A stretch of DNA of 64,000 bases from contig MU006027.1 of NCBI GenBank assembly GCA_010093745.1, positions 1-64,000 on the forward strand, in the 5' to 3' direction. The position numbers and the translations under genes are program-made. This DNA is from Piedraia hortae CBS 480.64 (lineage: Eukaryota). Positions 44,918 through 58,600 of this stretch are shown piece after piece; the first letter of the stretch is position 1, and each line of letters opens with the position of its first letter. The notes beneath the pieces were generated by a model that did no database searches, was not told the DNA's origin, and saw nothing but the letters and a program-made list of their open reading frames with translations.

Positions 44918-45766
44918 ATGGCTAGCAAGGCCGCCGCATTGCTGCCGTTGATCTGTCTCAGAGCGGCTCGGCCAAGATGTTGCACCCATGCCAGCCAGGC
45001 ACGAGACTACATCCAGCCGCCGAACGATGTGCCCCAGTGGCCGTCGCCATTGCCGGGGAACGAAGCACCCACTCCATACCAGATATTCGCAATGGGCCGT
45101 AATGAGCACTACACCAAGACGCGCTTCCTTCAGTTGGCCAAAATATACCACCCTGACATCAGCCACCATTCGGGGCTGTCCCGCCAGGTGCGACTGGAGC
45201 GTTATCGCCTCGTCGTCGCCGCCCATCATATATTATCAGACCCCGTCAAACGGAGCACTTATGACCGCCTAGGAGCGGGGTGGGAACGAGCAATTGAGGT
45301 TTCTGAACGTCGGAGCAAGCGCCAAGATCCCATCTGGCAGAATGCCACGTGGGAAGACTGGGAACGCTTTTATCAAAACTGCAACGACGAATGCACAAAG
45401 AAGAAATGCACTGCTCCCGTATACATGCCCAACTCACACTTCGCCGTTCTGGTCATTTGCTTGGCCATTTTGGGTAGCACGGCAAACTCTTGGCGCGCGC
45501 AGGAATCTGGGTCGCGTATTGTCGAAAAGCGGGATAATGTCCACGATCAAGCTGCGCGCGAGTTGCGGAGGCTTAGACATCAGGCTTCCGGTCTGAGCGA
45601 CCGTGATGAGCGCATCCAGTGGTTCTTGCGAAGCAGGGAGGCTGCTTCGGGCAAGCTACCCCCCACAGAAGTTGATGCCTGGAGAGATGAAAGTATCAAA
45701 AGACTGCTTCCTTTGAACGACACCTGCCGTAGTGGTGAACTCCGGGCAAGTGGCTCAGTAGACTGA
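44918..45766 (+). CDS. Mitochondrial J-domain protein (Jid1-like)
   Basis: PTPYQIF..LAKIYHPD..ILSDPVKRSTYD; NATWEDWE; one TM segment. Confidence 0.85.
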   Translation: MASKAAALLPLICLRAARPRCCTHASQARDYIQPPNDVPQWPSPLPGNEAPTPYQIFAMGRNEHYTKTRFLQLAKIYHPDISHHSGLSRQVRLERYRLVVAAHHILSDPVKRSTYDRLGAGWERAIEVSERRSKRQDPIWQNATWEDWERFYQNCNDECTKKKCTAPVYMPNSHFAVLVICLAILGSTANSWRAQESGSRIVEKRDNVHDQAARELRRLRHQASGLSDRDERIQWFLRSREAASGKLPPTEVDAWRDESIKRLLPLNDTCRSGELRASGSVD

Positions 45767-45894
45767 TCAAATTTACGTATATCATATACTAAATGTGTAG
45801 TGACTTCGCAGTTTCCTTACTTCTGGCGCCACACTTCAAAATTCCCTGTGTGCACCCCGAATTTCCTCCATACGCTTCTTCAAAGGGAACTAGG

Positions 45895-46924
45895 ATGCCG
45901 TTCAGTGTTGAGTCTGGACTAGTCTACAAGGAACAAATTGTTCCCGCGCCGAAGAAGTCGCGAACAGAGAAGCGCCTTCAACTCACACGCGATCCCCCAG
46001 AGCTGGGAACACCGTTACTGCAAAACCTATTGCTGTGGAAGTTGCTCGCAAATCTAGACGCACTTGATCTAGATTTGCTCAGCGCGCTACCGACGTTGAT
46101 CGTTGAAAGACTATGGAATGAAATTAGAATCAGGAAGCTGGAGGACGTAACAATTTGGCAAAAGTTTGCAGCCTCTATCGGTAACCGAGTCTTTGAGCAC
46201 AGTTGAAGTTATGGTCCTAAGGATTTACTTTTGTGCATCGAAACCTCTGTCGAATGTCCCGCTACATGTTTGACCGATCTCACGATTGGCCCTGGAATGT
46301 TCGCCCCGGAAGAATTGGCAAACATTGTCCAGATGCACAATCTTCGTAACTTGTGTATCTGGGACAATCGAGCCGTGACGGATAGAACATTTCGCTCATG
46401 GGCGGAATCTGCTTGTCTGGAGGGATCACTGAGGCAATTGCAAACAATCTTGGTTGTGGGCTATTCGAACCTCACAAAAGCCACTGTCTACCAACTAGGC
46501 AACTTTCCATTCTTAGACACTTTCTGCACGATTGCACATGAACCAGACATCTTTGGTTTAACTAAAGACGAAGCTATCAGATAGGGTTGGCGCAAGTCTA
46601 AAGAGTGGGTACATGTTGTTCAATCATGAAATGGACTGGCAACTGTGCGGTACGAAATTCATAGAGCTTTTTAAAGAGAAAGCTGAGCCAGTTGCTGGAT
46701 GGTTCTCTTACAGGCGGAATTCAGTTTCCCGGGAAGTAGAAGATCGGCCTGTTCTGCACCTGCATGTTGGCGAGAATACCCGCTCCTCAGACATAGCAAG
46801 GGACGTGAGAGGTGCTATTTTTCTAGAACGTGCCCATGAAGGCTGTAAGCGCCCCCTTATGACGGGAAGAGGGAAACAAAAATCGGACCAAAAGATCTCG
46901 CAAAGAGCTGAATCCGTGGGCTGA
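45895..46924 (+). pseudogene. LRR-like conserved fungal hypothetical gene interrupted by stops
   Basis: ORFs 45793-46206 and 46231-46584 are in the same frame, separated by a single TGA (46204). A TAG (46582) precedes GW, and the tail lies in another frame. LxxLxI repeats (LTDLTI, LRNLCI, LQTILV). Confidence 0.6.
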
Positions 46925-47674
46925 TTTCGGTATTTAGAAACCCGGTCACATAGGTTTCCATCCTGTCAATGGGGATTGCGTGGGCATGCATCGGATGAAG
47001 TCCACCACAATTCCGATTCGAAGCTAATTTGTGCTATTGTGATCAAGTTTCAATCAGATTGGACAAACAAGACTCCATTATTTTCCATTGCACTGAGAAC
47101 TGTAGTTTCTCGTTAACGATGGTCGATTTTACCGCATACCACAAGCCTTCGAGCATCAGTCTTTTCCGACTAACCTCTTCACATGTATAACGACTAACAA
47201 TTGGGAAGGAAGGTAGTTAGATGAAACATTGAGCAAATTTCCTTCTAGGTGTGGCCTATTCCAAACGCCAGGGTAGACTACAATGGAGGAGGACATAAAC
47301 TGAGATTTTAAGGGCCAACAATTGGTGGGTGCGGCAACACTAAACGACCAAAAGGGGTAGGAATTAAATGCATAATTTTTCATGGATGTAATAGTGGATT
47401 CGTGCGCATTGGGTTGAGGATCGATAAAACGCTCAGAATAATGAAGCCAACCCGTCAGGACTGTTGGAGCACATCTATTGCAGCAGATAGGAGGTTTGAG
47501 AGCACGGCAAGGACCGGATGCCCGTAAAGTTCGAGCGTCTCCTGAGATCGTAGGCAAGCTTCAAACGGTTCACGCATCTCGACGTACCAATGGTTATTTA
47601 CTGTTTCGGCTTAAGCCTCCGCCTGCGATGTGCATTTATGGGCGACTGGGAGCACCTGGGTTCTTCGGGATAGT

Positions 47675-48517
47675 CTACATACAGGCGGCTCCATCAATGC
47701 CAATGACTTTACCGTTCACCCATTCGCCATCTTGAGATGCCAAGAAAGCTACGACTCGCGCAATGTCGATGGGTTGACCAACACGGTTCATTGGTGACCA
47801 TGTTGCAGCATACTGTTCTAGTTAGCACTGTCCAAAATACTTCGACGAAGAGACAGAATGACATACCTCATCAACTTGGTCATCAGTAAGATTGGCTCCG
47901 TTGGGGATGTATTCTCGGCAAACAGCGTGATACATGTCCGTTTTGATTCCACCTGGAGCGACGCAATTGACAGTAATCTTCTTGTCGCCGCAGTCAATTG
48001 CCATGCAGCGAACGAAAGTCTCAATGGCGCCTTTGGAACCCGAGTAAACCGTGTGCTTGGGCACACCTTTAGCCTGACCGCAGATTGAACCCATGAGGAC
48101 AATGCGCCCACCAACAGAGAGATGTTTGTAAGCCTCACGCGCAACAAAGAATTGACCCCGTGTATTAATGCGGAACACGCGATCAAATTCCTCCTCAGTA
48201 ACGTCCTTCAAGTGACCAAAAGAGACAACTCCAGAATTGGAAACGACAATGTCCAATTTGCCGTAGTGCTTGATTGCCTCGTCCATGAGCTGCGCAGTCT
48301 GGCTGACGTCGCCAACGTCGGCCTTCAGAGCAATGGCATCGCCGCCGGCTTTTTTGATTTGCTCCACTACACCATTGGCAGCTTCACTGGAATTTGCGTA
48401 ATTGACGACTACTTTGGCACCGCGAGAGGCCAGTTCAGTCGCGATGCTCGCTCCAATGCCGCGGCCAGAGCCGGTAACGAGCGCTACTTTGCCGTCGAGT
48501 CGGGAAGTGTCTGGCAT
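47675..48517 (-). CDS. 1,3,8-trihydroxynaphthalene reductase (3HNR, THR1/BRN1 type)
   Basis: SDR motifs TGSGRGIG and [31 protein letters not shown]; ends IGIDGAACM; intron 47866-47813. Confidence 0.93.
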
Positions 48518-49439
48518 TGTCCAACGTTTGTTGAGAGTTGGAAAGAAGAATGTAAGAAGAGCGGGAGAGCGACGCCTTTAAGGTTCGCAGGGGTTAGTCC
48601 TCTGATGGCGCCGGGAGGGGTCACATCAGGGGTTCTTTATCATCTGGGACTGCATGTGCACAACTGTCCTGACGGCCTTTAGCCTTTCGGTCGAGGTCGG
48701 GGCAAAACCCGGGACAATCGGCCGCCGCTGATGACGGAAACGTTCCATTTCTAATGCATTCCGTAGCCTTGCGATAGACGTCGATCTCGAAGATAGCCAG
48801 GCGGAGTGATCAACGCACCGAGATGCAAACAGCCGGCAATACGACGCCACCAAGTATGTTTAGAAGCAATACCCTGGGTGGCAAACGCCGAATCTCGATG
48901 GCACAGGTGGCTCAAGGGTGACGAAGGATAGTGAGGAAGCGACTCGTTTCTGTTCGTACTCGAGCGACTCTGCAGGTGCACCAAAACTGTCACGGAAAGC
49001 TAAACCAACCTAAACTAGTATGTCAGATAGGCATTTGTTTTGGGAAACATCCGCGGAGACGTGGAACTTCGGGACATTTCCACTAAACAAATTCGTGCAG
49101 TGGGGCAACCTTTGTTGGGGACATGAAGTAACGTTCGCTGATGCCATGATGCATTTCACTCGCCGACACGAGGCCGACGCTTGTCAACGATGCCACGTGC
49201 ATGACAATATCCAGGCTTGCATGTGAATCTAATCCGTCAACCTTGATGAGCGCGGCGCTGCATTGCCCGGAAAAGAGCACTGGTTCCTTTGGTGCGCAGC
49301 TTTTAACGTGTGCCAAAGAGATACGCCGAGCAATCAGTGATTGGTCAACGCCGCACAATAATTAAATTGCTTCATCAAATTTCTATCTGCACTAACTTGA
49401 GGCTTTGATCTACTGTAATTTCATACGTCGTTGCATGTG

Positions 49440-51674
49440 TCATTGCAGTTTCTCCAAATGCATCCTCGTCTCTTGTGACAGACCTGCTGGTGTACCGTCT
49501 TCAATCAACTCAAGACAAACAGTAGATGCTTCAGACAAAGGCACAAGGCTGCCATCGCGTTTGATCAAGCACGGCGTTCCTTGATGCTTGAGCCGGTAGC
49601 GTACGATAAGCGGGTGGTTGGGCTCAAGCGTATCTACGGCAAATGTCTGACGCGGACTGGGAAGAATCTCTGGAGAATGACGAGTATTGTGCCCCTGACT
49701 TTTCAAAAGCGCACCGACACGCTCAACAGCTTGCGTCCACCACAGTGGACGCCCACAACGTGGCATTGAACGAATCAAGCGAAGCACCTGTCCACAGTGG
49801 AATATAGCTGCTTCCGGATCACGGACCACCATTTGGTTTGAGTCAGAAACAGTTTGAAGACTGATAAGATGGAACGTTGCCAGGCTAGCACGCATAACGG
49901 CTCCGACAGGATTCGATAACAGGTGTCGCTCTGCTAGTCTGTACCATCGGTCCAGCAACACCTGCACCTCGTCTAAGCGCGTATATGAGGATTGTGCGGT
50001 AAGCGAACCACGCTCAAAGCCCCAACCAAAGTAGCAAAAAAGCTGGTTGTCCTGGATTGCCCAAGACTGTAGCGGATGCAGCAGAAGGCGCAGCTGCAGA
50101 GGTGTTACCTCCATGACCTCATTGTTGAGAAACTTGCCAAAGAGATCCCGTAGCGATGGCGGCCTCACCCCAGATCCCAAAGACGAGATGCCATCTGCGA
50201 ATCGATGCACACGCTCGAACAAAACAGACCACTCCAGGGCGTTTTGCGCCTGCCAGAGACAATCAGCATCGGGCAGAGGAGCAAGGCATTCGCTAACAGT
50301 CCATTGTGGGGGTAGATTGCGGAAGAGGGCAAGTTCCTGGTCGGCCACAAGCCATGAGTAGAGGAGGCGACTACGGCCTTCCTGATGCACCCAGTCGTCC
50401 CAAAGTTGGCTGGGATCGGTGGGGGCCGGGACACTAAAGAGCGGGCCGGGCCGGGAGAAGTCAGACCTCCGCATTATTTCCAAGCAGACTCCAGATTGGC
50501 CCACGGCAGTCGTCTCCAGCCTCTCCTCGCCACTCCAGCCTGCTTGCATAGTGAGCAGTAGCGCGGCATGGAGGAGGATGGGCTCAAAGTCGAAGCCGGT
50601 GTTCCGCTCCGTCAGTTCTCTTAGTGAGCTGCGGCACACCTCGGTCAACCCATCCATCAACAGCCTGGCCTCAGTTGACTGCACGTCCCGGGCCCCCAGA
50701 GCAATCATGCTGAGAGCTAGTAGGCTGGCTGAGCGGTCCTGTCGTGAAGAGCGAAGCAACGTATTCACATCCAAAACGCCGCGGGGAGAGAGTGGATAAT
50801 ATCGTCCAAGAGAGGCGGCATACGATTGAAGCATCCGGTCCAATACTCTGGTGGACAGCAATGGGACGAATGAAGATGGGCAGTGCACTTGTTTAGCACG
50901 GTGCAGATATGACTGAGTAAATGCGAGGAGCTTGTCGCGACTGGCATCGAGTAGAGGCAGAACAGCCACGTCACCATCCTCATGCGCTTGCCAGTCTAGC
51001 ACCAAAGTACTCCACTTCTCATCGCGCAATGCTTGCGCAGGGCCATCGAGGTTCAGCGACGGAAACGTCCATCTTGGGTCCCGCAAGCCCGGCTGAAGAT
51101 CCGCAGGCTCGGTGTCGAGGTCGCAATCGACTGGAGGTACTTTCGGCGACTCACCCGGGGCAATGAACAAGGTGTCTCGATCAAAAAACACGCTAGGAGA
51201 GAAAATATCACATGCCAATGCCCAGTCAAAGGGATTGGACGTCGAGGCCTCGGATGGCTGCGCGGGGCGAAGTGGAGGGTGCTTTGTACGCTGGGTTGGA
51301 CGCAAGTTGCACTTCAAGTTGCGGCTGGCGCAGCGCGAACAGGGAAACTTCCTGTCGCATTTTGTTTTTGTCTTGGCGCAGATGCTGCAAGCAATCGGCG
51401 TTCGATTGGCGGCTTTTGCGACTGATCCGTTGACATCGGATACCGTTCGCGGGCCGGGCTCTTTACCGTGAACCGTGTAGTGTCGCTTGAGGAGATCCCT
51501 AGATTACGGGGTCAGGTCTATCTTTGAACAAGAAAGCCCAAAATACCTCCGAGAAAACGACATGTGACAAGTGACACATTTAAATGGCTTGACGTTGGTG
51601 TGCGTCAGGATATGGCGCTCGAGATGTTCGTCGCGGGTAAAGGACTGACCGCAGTAGGTGCAAAAAACCACCAT
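49440..51674 (-). CDS. CMR1: Melanin regulator Cmr1/Pig1/Amr1 (two C2H2 fingers plus Zn2Cys6)
   Basis: MVVFCTYCGQSFTRDEHLERHILTHTNVKPFKCVTCHMSFSRR|DLLKRHYTVH across intron 51546-51499; ACSICAKTKTKCDRKFPCSRCASRNLKC; 728 aa. Confidence 0.93.
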
Positions 51675-52634
51675 GACAGATGCGGGACCGGGATGGGTCA
51701 ACATTGTTGTAAGGCAAGTGGTCGGAGATTTTCACCAGGGTCCTTGTCGGTGGCTTTGATACAAGGCAGATCCGGGGACCTGCCAGCCGATTCACCGTCG
51801 ATCGCCATGCCGCCCACCATGGCCGTCAGCCAGTGATGTCGGTGACGTTGATCAAGTCAGATATGTATACGAGCCGCGGCCCAGCTCAGCCTGTGTCGTG
51901 TTTTAAGCGGGAATTCTAAGCGACTCAAAGCGAAGACGAGCACCGGCGCGCCGGTCTCAGGTGGGTCTCAATCACGTTGCGCCCTACAAGGCCATGCGAC
52001 TGCCACGCACGCCATATCTCTCGCGTCTACGGCCACATGGAGGAGTCGGTAATCCCGGCGAGGCAGACAGTACCTACAGGCTCCGACAGCTCCGTCTCAA
52101 GCCTAGAAAACGTTGAGGAAGTGGGGTCAAATGTACCCGGTCGGACCGGCTTGCTGCGCACTTACCGTCTTTCGCTGAAAGGCTGGGGTGAGACTAGCCA
52201 TTGCCCTGTTCAACCCGGACTATTTTACATTGACGCAACAAATATAGGTCTTCAGCCACACGCATAGAGTGCCGACGCCACAAGGAAGCCGATTATGCCG
52301 GACGCCACAAGCGCCTGCCCGACACATCTTCTTCCCGACCCTCGATCTCCCGACCAGATCGAGTTCCACACGGGCCACCACCCCGCCTCGATCCTGGCCT
52401 TGCCCCTGCTTACTAACCCACCTCGCGCTGCCAACTCTATTCTATTTCCTTCGCTTTTGCCTTTCAATTCAGTCCGCAAGATGTCCCACCCATAGCTCTC
52501 TACTCATAATACCCAGCCCCCTCTCCCCGGCCTCTATCTGGAAGCTCCCGTTTCTCTTTTGATTTCCCTTCCTCTCGTTGTTGTTGTTGTTCTTCCAAAC
52601 GGCCTGACTGTGATTAGCCAGCGCAGCAGCCACA

Positions 52635-55600
52635 ATGTCTAGCATCTTCATTTTCGGTGACCAGACGGCCGATCAATACTCGCTGCTTCACAAGATTGTT
52701 TTGAAGAAGGAGAATGCCCTGGTTCGCTCCTTTGTCGAACAGGCGTCTGTTGCGCTGCGAGAGGAAACACGCCGCCTCCCGCGGGCCCAGAGAGAAAGGA
52801 TACCCGATTTCCTGTCGATCAACGACCTCAAAGAGGCCTATTATCAAAAGGGCGACAAGGTGCCCATGGTAGAAGCCGCCCTAGTCACCATCACACAGCT
52901 GGGCCACTACATAGGTTACTTCAGCGAGAACCCCGACCAGCTGCCTGCCGCTTCAGACACTCGTTTACTCGGACTCTGCACCGGCCTGCTGGCTGCCGCT
53001 GCAGTCGTATGCTCGCGCACCCTCGACGAGCTGGTTTCGCTGGGCATCAGCTTTGTTCGTATATCGTTTCGCTGCGGCGTCGTCGCGGATGCCGTTCGCG
53101 CCCAGCTTGCTGCTCCCGGCCATGACCGGTCGTCGTGGTCCACAATCGTCACAGGCACCACCGAGAGCGTGGCCCAAAAAGCGCTTGACGACTTTCATGA
53201 TGCGCACGCCATCTCACCTTCCGGACGGGCCTATGTTTCGGCCATCTCTGTCACCGCCGTGACCATCTCTGGACCGCCCAACACCTTGAACCGCTTCTTC
53301 CACGAATCCTCTGCCGTTGTGCAAGGTCACCGAGTGCCAATTCCTGTTTACGCCCCCTACCATGCCGCACACCTTTATTCAGAGAAGGACATTGACAGGA
53401 TATTGGCTCCCGTCGCCCAAGTTCTGCGCAGTCACCGTCCTGCCGTATCACCTCTTCATTCTGCGGCTTCAGGCGCGCACCTGGAAGTTTCTGATGCTGC
53501 TGAGCTTGCGCGAAACGCCATTGACGAGGTTTTGCGCCGTCCGGTGCGATGGGATCGTCTACTTGAGGAAGTCGTGTCCCAGACTGCCGCACGCGAGCGC
53601 CCAGTCAAGCTCTTTTCCGTAGGCGTGGGCAACGTGGGTGGCAGTCTCACAGCTGCTCTCAAAGCAGGCGGCCTGTCCGATGTTTCCCTAGTCGATCAAC
53701 ACGCCTGGCACGATGCCGGAGAGGCGACCAAAGGCCGCACCCAAAACGATAAAATCGCCATTGTTGGTATTGCTGGACGCTTCCCCAACGCCGCAAGCCA
53801 TGAGGCGCTCTGGGATCTGCTCATGAAGGGCCTTGATGTCCATCGGAAGATTCCGGCCGATCGTTTCGACGCTGATGCGCATTGCGATCCGTCGGGCAAG
53901 GGCAAGAACAAATCCCACACTCCCTATGGCTGCTTTATCGATGAGCCAGGTCTGTTTGACCCCCGATTCTTCAACATGTCCCCCCGGGAGGCCGCCCAAA
54001 CTGATCCAATGGGCCGTCTCGCGCTGGTTACAGCCTACGAGGCGCTGGAGATGAGTGGCTACGTGCCCAACCGCACCCCTTCTACCAAGCTCGACCGCAT
54101 CGGCACCTTTTACGGTCAAACATCTGACGATTGGCGTGAAATCAATGCTGCGGAGAATGTCGACACGTATTTTATCACGGGCGGAGTACGTGCATTTGCA
54201 CCCGGTCGGATCAACTATTACTTCAAGTTCTCCGGGCCATCATATTCTGTTGACACGGCTTGCTCGTCCTCACTCGCCGCCATACAGTTGGCCTGCACGT
54301 CTCTTTGGGCTGGTGACTGCGATACGGCTTGTGCTGGTGGCCTGAACGTCCTCACCAACCCCGACATCTTCTCCGGTCTGTCAAAGGGCCAGTTCCTCTC
54401 CAAAACGGGATCCTGTAAGACTTATGACAACGATGCGGACGGCTACTGTCGGGGCGACGCTTGCGGCTCCGTCATTCTCAAGCGCTACGAAGATGCCGTG
54501 GCCGACAAGGACAACATCCTAGGCTGCATACTGGGCGCCGCGACCAATCACTCTGCCGAGGCCGTCTCCATCACACACCCACACGCTGGCGCGCAGGAGT
54601 TTCTCTACAAACGGGTTCTGGCCAACGCCGGTGTTGACGCACACGAAATCAGCTACGTCGAAATGCATGGCACCGGCACTCAGGCTGGAGACGGCATCGA
54701 GATGACTTCGGTTACCAACGTCTTTGCTCCGCGTCATCGCCAGCGTCGTCCCGAACAGACTGTGCACTTGGGCGCCATCAAGGCCAACATTGGTCATGCA
54801 GAAGCCGCTTCGGGCATCAATTCTCTGGTCAAGGTGCTTCTGATGATGCGCCACAACAAGATTCCGGCCAACGTGGGCATCAAAGGAGAGATGAATAAGA
54901 CTTTTCCCGCCGACCTCGTTGACCGTAACGTCCACATTTCAACCAAGGAGGTGCCTTGGCCACGCCATGGCGCCGCCAAGCGCAAGGTGTTCCTCAACAA
55001 CTTTTCTGCTGCTGGTGGAAACACGGCCCTCTTGCTTGAGGATGGCCCCCTTCGCGAGACCCCTACCGCCGTCGACCCTCGCACCTACCTTCCGATCACG
55101 GTGACTGCTCGCTCCATTGCCTCGCTTAAGCGTAACATTGCGAACCTGCAGCGCTACATCCGAGACAACAAGGCCACAACACTCAGTTCCTTGTCTTACA
55201 CGCTTACTGCCAGACGGATTCAACACAACTACCGCGTTGCCTTTTCAATTGAGTCCATCGACAAGGTGTGTGATGCCCTGGAGTCCCAAGTGCGCGACAC
55301 TTATCAGCCCGTCGCTATGACGCCAACCAAGGTCGCTTTCTGCTTCACCGGCCAGGGCTCCCAGTACACCGGCCTCGGCCAGACGCTTTATCGTGACCTA
55401 CGCAGCTTTCGGAACGACATTGACCAGCTCGACCACCTCTGCCGCATCCAAGGCTTGCCGTCATTCCTCGAGCTACTGCAAGGGGCTGATGTACAGATGC
55501 TGTCACCAGTTCAAGTGCAGCTCGGCATGTCCTGCATCCAAGTTGCTCTGGCCCGAATGTGGGCTTCGTGGGGAGTCTCTCCGGTTGCTGTCATCGGCCA

Positions 55601-58600
55601 CAGCTTGGGAGAATATGCTGCACTCCATGTTGCCGGAGTCATCTCCGCTGCCGACATGGTTCTTTTGGTTGGACGCCGTGCCGAGTTGCTCGTGCGTGAC
55701 TGCAGCCCAAACACTCATGGCATGCTCGCTGTTAAAGGCGGTGCGGAAACCATTCGCAAGACCCTCGGTTCGGCCATGACGGAAATTGCCTGCATCAACG
55801 GACCCGAGGAGACGGTCTTGTGCGGCAGCGACGAGGTTGTGGGAGCTGCAAACGATGCCCTCTCTGCTGCTGGATTCAAGGCGACCAAGCTTAACGTCCC
55901 TTTCGCTTTCCACTCTGCTCAGGTTGATCCCATCCTGAACCCGTTTAAGGCCATTGCCGCCTCAATCACGTACCACGCCCCTACCATCCCGGTGCTGTCG
56001 CCTTTGGAGGGCACTGTCATTCGCAATGCCGATACCATTGGCCCCGACTATCTAGCCCGCCACGCGCGCGAGACGGTCAACTTCTGGACTGCTCTTAAGT
56101 CTGGATGCCAGGCTGGTGCATTTGATGACAGAACACTCTGGCTCGAGATCGGCGCTCACCCGGTATGCTCAGGCATGGTCAAGGCCTCTGTGGGTGCCAC
56201 AACCACCGCCCCTTCCCTTCGTCGGAACGAAGACGCATGGAAAACACTGGCAACCAGCCTTTGCACCCTCTCCACGGCGGGCGTTGGCATCAATTTTGAT
56301 GAATATCACCGCGAATTTAACGATGCTCAAGAGCTACTCGATCTGCCAACGTATGCGTTTGACAACAAGAAGTACTGGCTTGACTATCACAACAACTGGA
56401 CCCTCACTAAGGGTGAGGCGCCTCAGGTACGCGAGGTCATTGTGGAGAAGCCTGTTGCGGGTGGATTGGCCGCCAGCGAGGCCCCCGCAAAGCGCCTGTC
56501 GACTTCTTGCCAGCGCATCGTTTCCGAGAAGTTTCATGGAAACACGGCTCACGTTGTGGTTCAGAGCAACCTGGCCGAGCCGAAGCTGTATCCGGTCGTC
56601 TGCGGCCACATGGTCAACAATGCCGCCCTCTGTCCTTCGTCCTTGTATGCCGACATGGCCTTGACAGTGGGCGATTACATCTACCGCCAGATGCGACCAG
56701 GAGGCGCTGTACCAGGCATGAATGTGTGCCACATGGAGGTTCCAAAACCTTTGATCGCCCAGATCCCGCAGCCCCCGGAGGGCCAACACCTGCAAATGGA
56801 CGCCGAAGCCGACATAAGCACTGGTGTTGTAAAGCTCCATTTCCGCAGCGTGCGGCCAGACGGAACCAAGCTACAGGACCACGCACAGTGCACGTTGCGC
56901 TATGAAGACAAGTCTGCTTGGGCAGATGAATGGGCTCGCTACAACTACATGGTCCAGGCGCAGATTGAGATGCTCCATCAGAAGGCACAATCTGGTGGCG
57001 CGCACATTGTCCAGCGCGGCATGGCCTACAAATTGTTCAAGGCTCTGGTCAGCTACGACGCCAAATACCGTGCCATGGCCGAAGTTGTCCTGGCCAGTGG
57101 CCAAACCGAGGCGTCGGCCCAGCTGGATTTCCCAACTAAACCCGAGGACGGAGACTTTTATTGCCCGCCATACCACATTGACGGCTCCTGCCACATTTCT
57201 GGCTTCATAGTCAACGCATCAGACTTGCTGGATTCGGAGCAAAATGTCTACGTTTCGCACGGCTGGGGCGCGATGAAATTCTCGCGGCCTTTGACGGCTG
57301 GCATGAAGCTGCGAAACTACGTGCGCATGCAGCCACAGCCGGGCAACATCTCAAAGGGCGATGTGTACATCATGGAAGGCGAGACCATCGTCGCCGTTTG
57401 CGAGGGAATCAAATTCCAGCAGATCCCTCGTCGCGTCCTAAACACATTTTTGCCGCCAGTCAAAGCACCTGCTGCTCCGACCTCGACCCCAACCCCTCCT
57501 ATTCGCCCAATGGCTCCTGTGCCCGCGGCCGCACCGACCCCGGCGCCTGCTAAGCCCAAGAAGAGCCCTCCTCCAAAGAAGATGGTACCTGTCAAAAAGG
57601 TCGCTGGCGGCGGGCTAGTTGACAAAGTCATGAAGATCCTGGCCAAGGAGACTGAGGTTGACGAGGCCGAACTCGTTGATGATGCAGCGTTTGAGAATCT
57701 TGGCGTCGACTCTCTGCTGTCTCTCACCATCTCTGCAGTTTTCCGTGAGGAGCTCGATATGGAAATCAGCTCCTCACTCTTTACCGACTATCCCACTGTT
57801 GGTGAAATGAAACGGTACTTTGCACAGATTAGCCCCGGTGCCTCTTCTACCTCCGTCGAGGATGACTCCGATGCCGACTCGGTGTTACCGACTGGAGCGC
57901 AAACCCCCTTGGAATCTGTCTCCACGCCAGCCAGCTCAGCGCCAAGCGAAGGCGGCGAATCTGGAGCAGGATCCCCCACCCGTTTTGATGGAGGCGACGT
58001 GAGTCTGGCGCGCCACATTGTCGCACAAGAGATGGGTGTCGATCTGTCGGAAGTCACGGACGATGCTGATCTCGCCGAGATGGGTATGGACTCTTTGATG
58101 AGCTTGACGATATTGGGAGAGCTACGGGAAAAGACTGGCATCGACCTGCCCTCCACCTTCTTATCGACCAACCCGACTATCAAGGATGTGGAAGATGCGC
58201 TGGGTGTGCGGCCCAAGTCCCAGGCGCCTTCCGCTCGCCCTTCTGCTTCAGCATCTCCCGCATCGAAGATCGATATGAATGAAGTATCAACGCGATTGGC
58301 TGCTTTGAATAAGACGGACATTTCGCGATATCCACCCGCCACATCGGTTCTGTTGCAGGGCAATCCGAAGAAAGCCTCCAAAAAAATCTTCTTCCTTCCA
58401 GACGGATCAGGATCTGCAACGAGCTATGTATCGATTCCCAACATTGGTCCAGACGTGTGTGCATACGGACTCAACTGCCCGTTCATGAAAGACCCGTCAA
58501 AGTGGGAGTGTGGTATCGAAGTGGTTTCCCTCATCTACCTTGCTGAGATTCGTAGGCGGCAGCCCAAAGGACCGTATATCATCGGTGGATGGTCGGCTGG

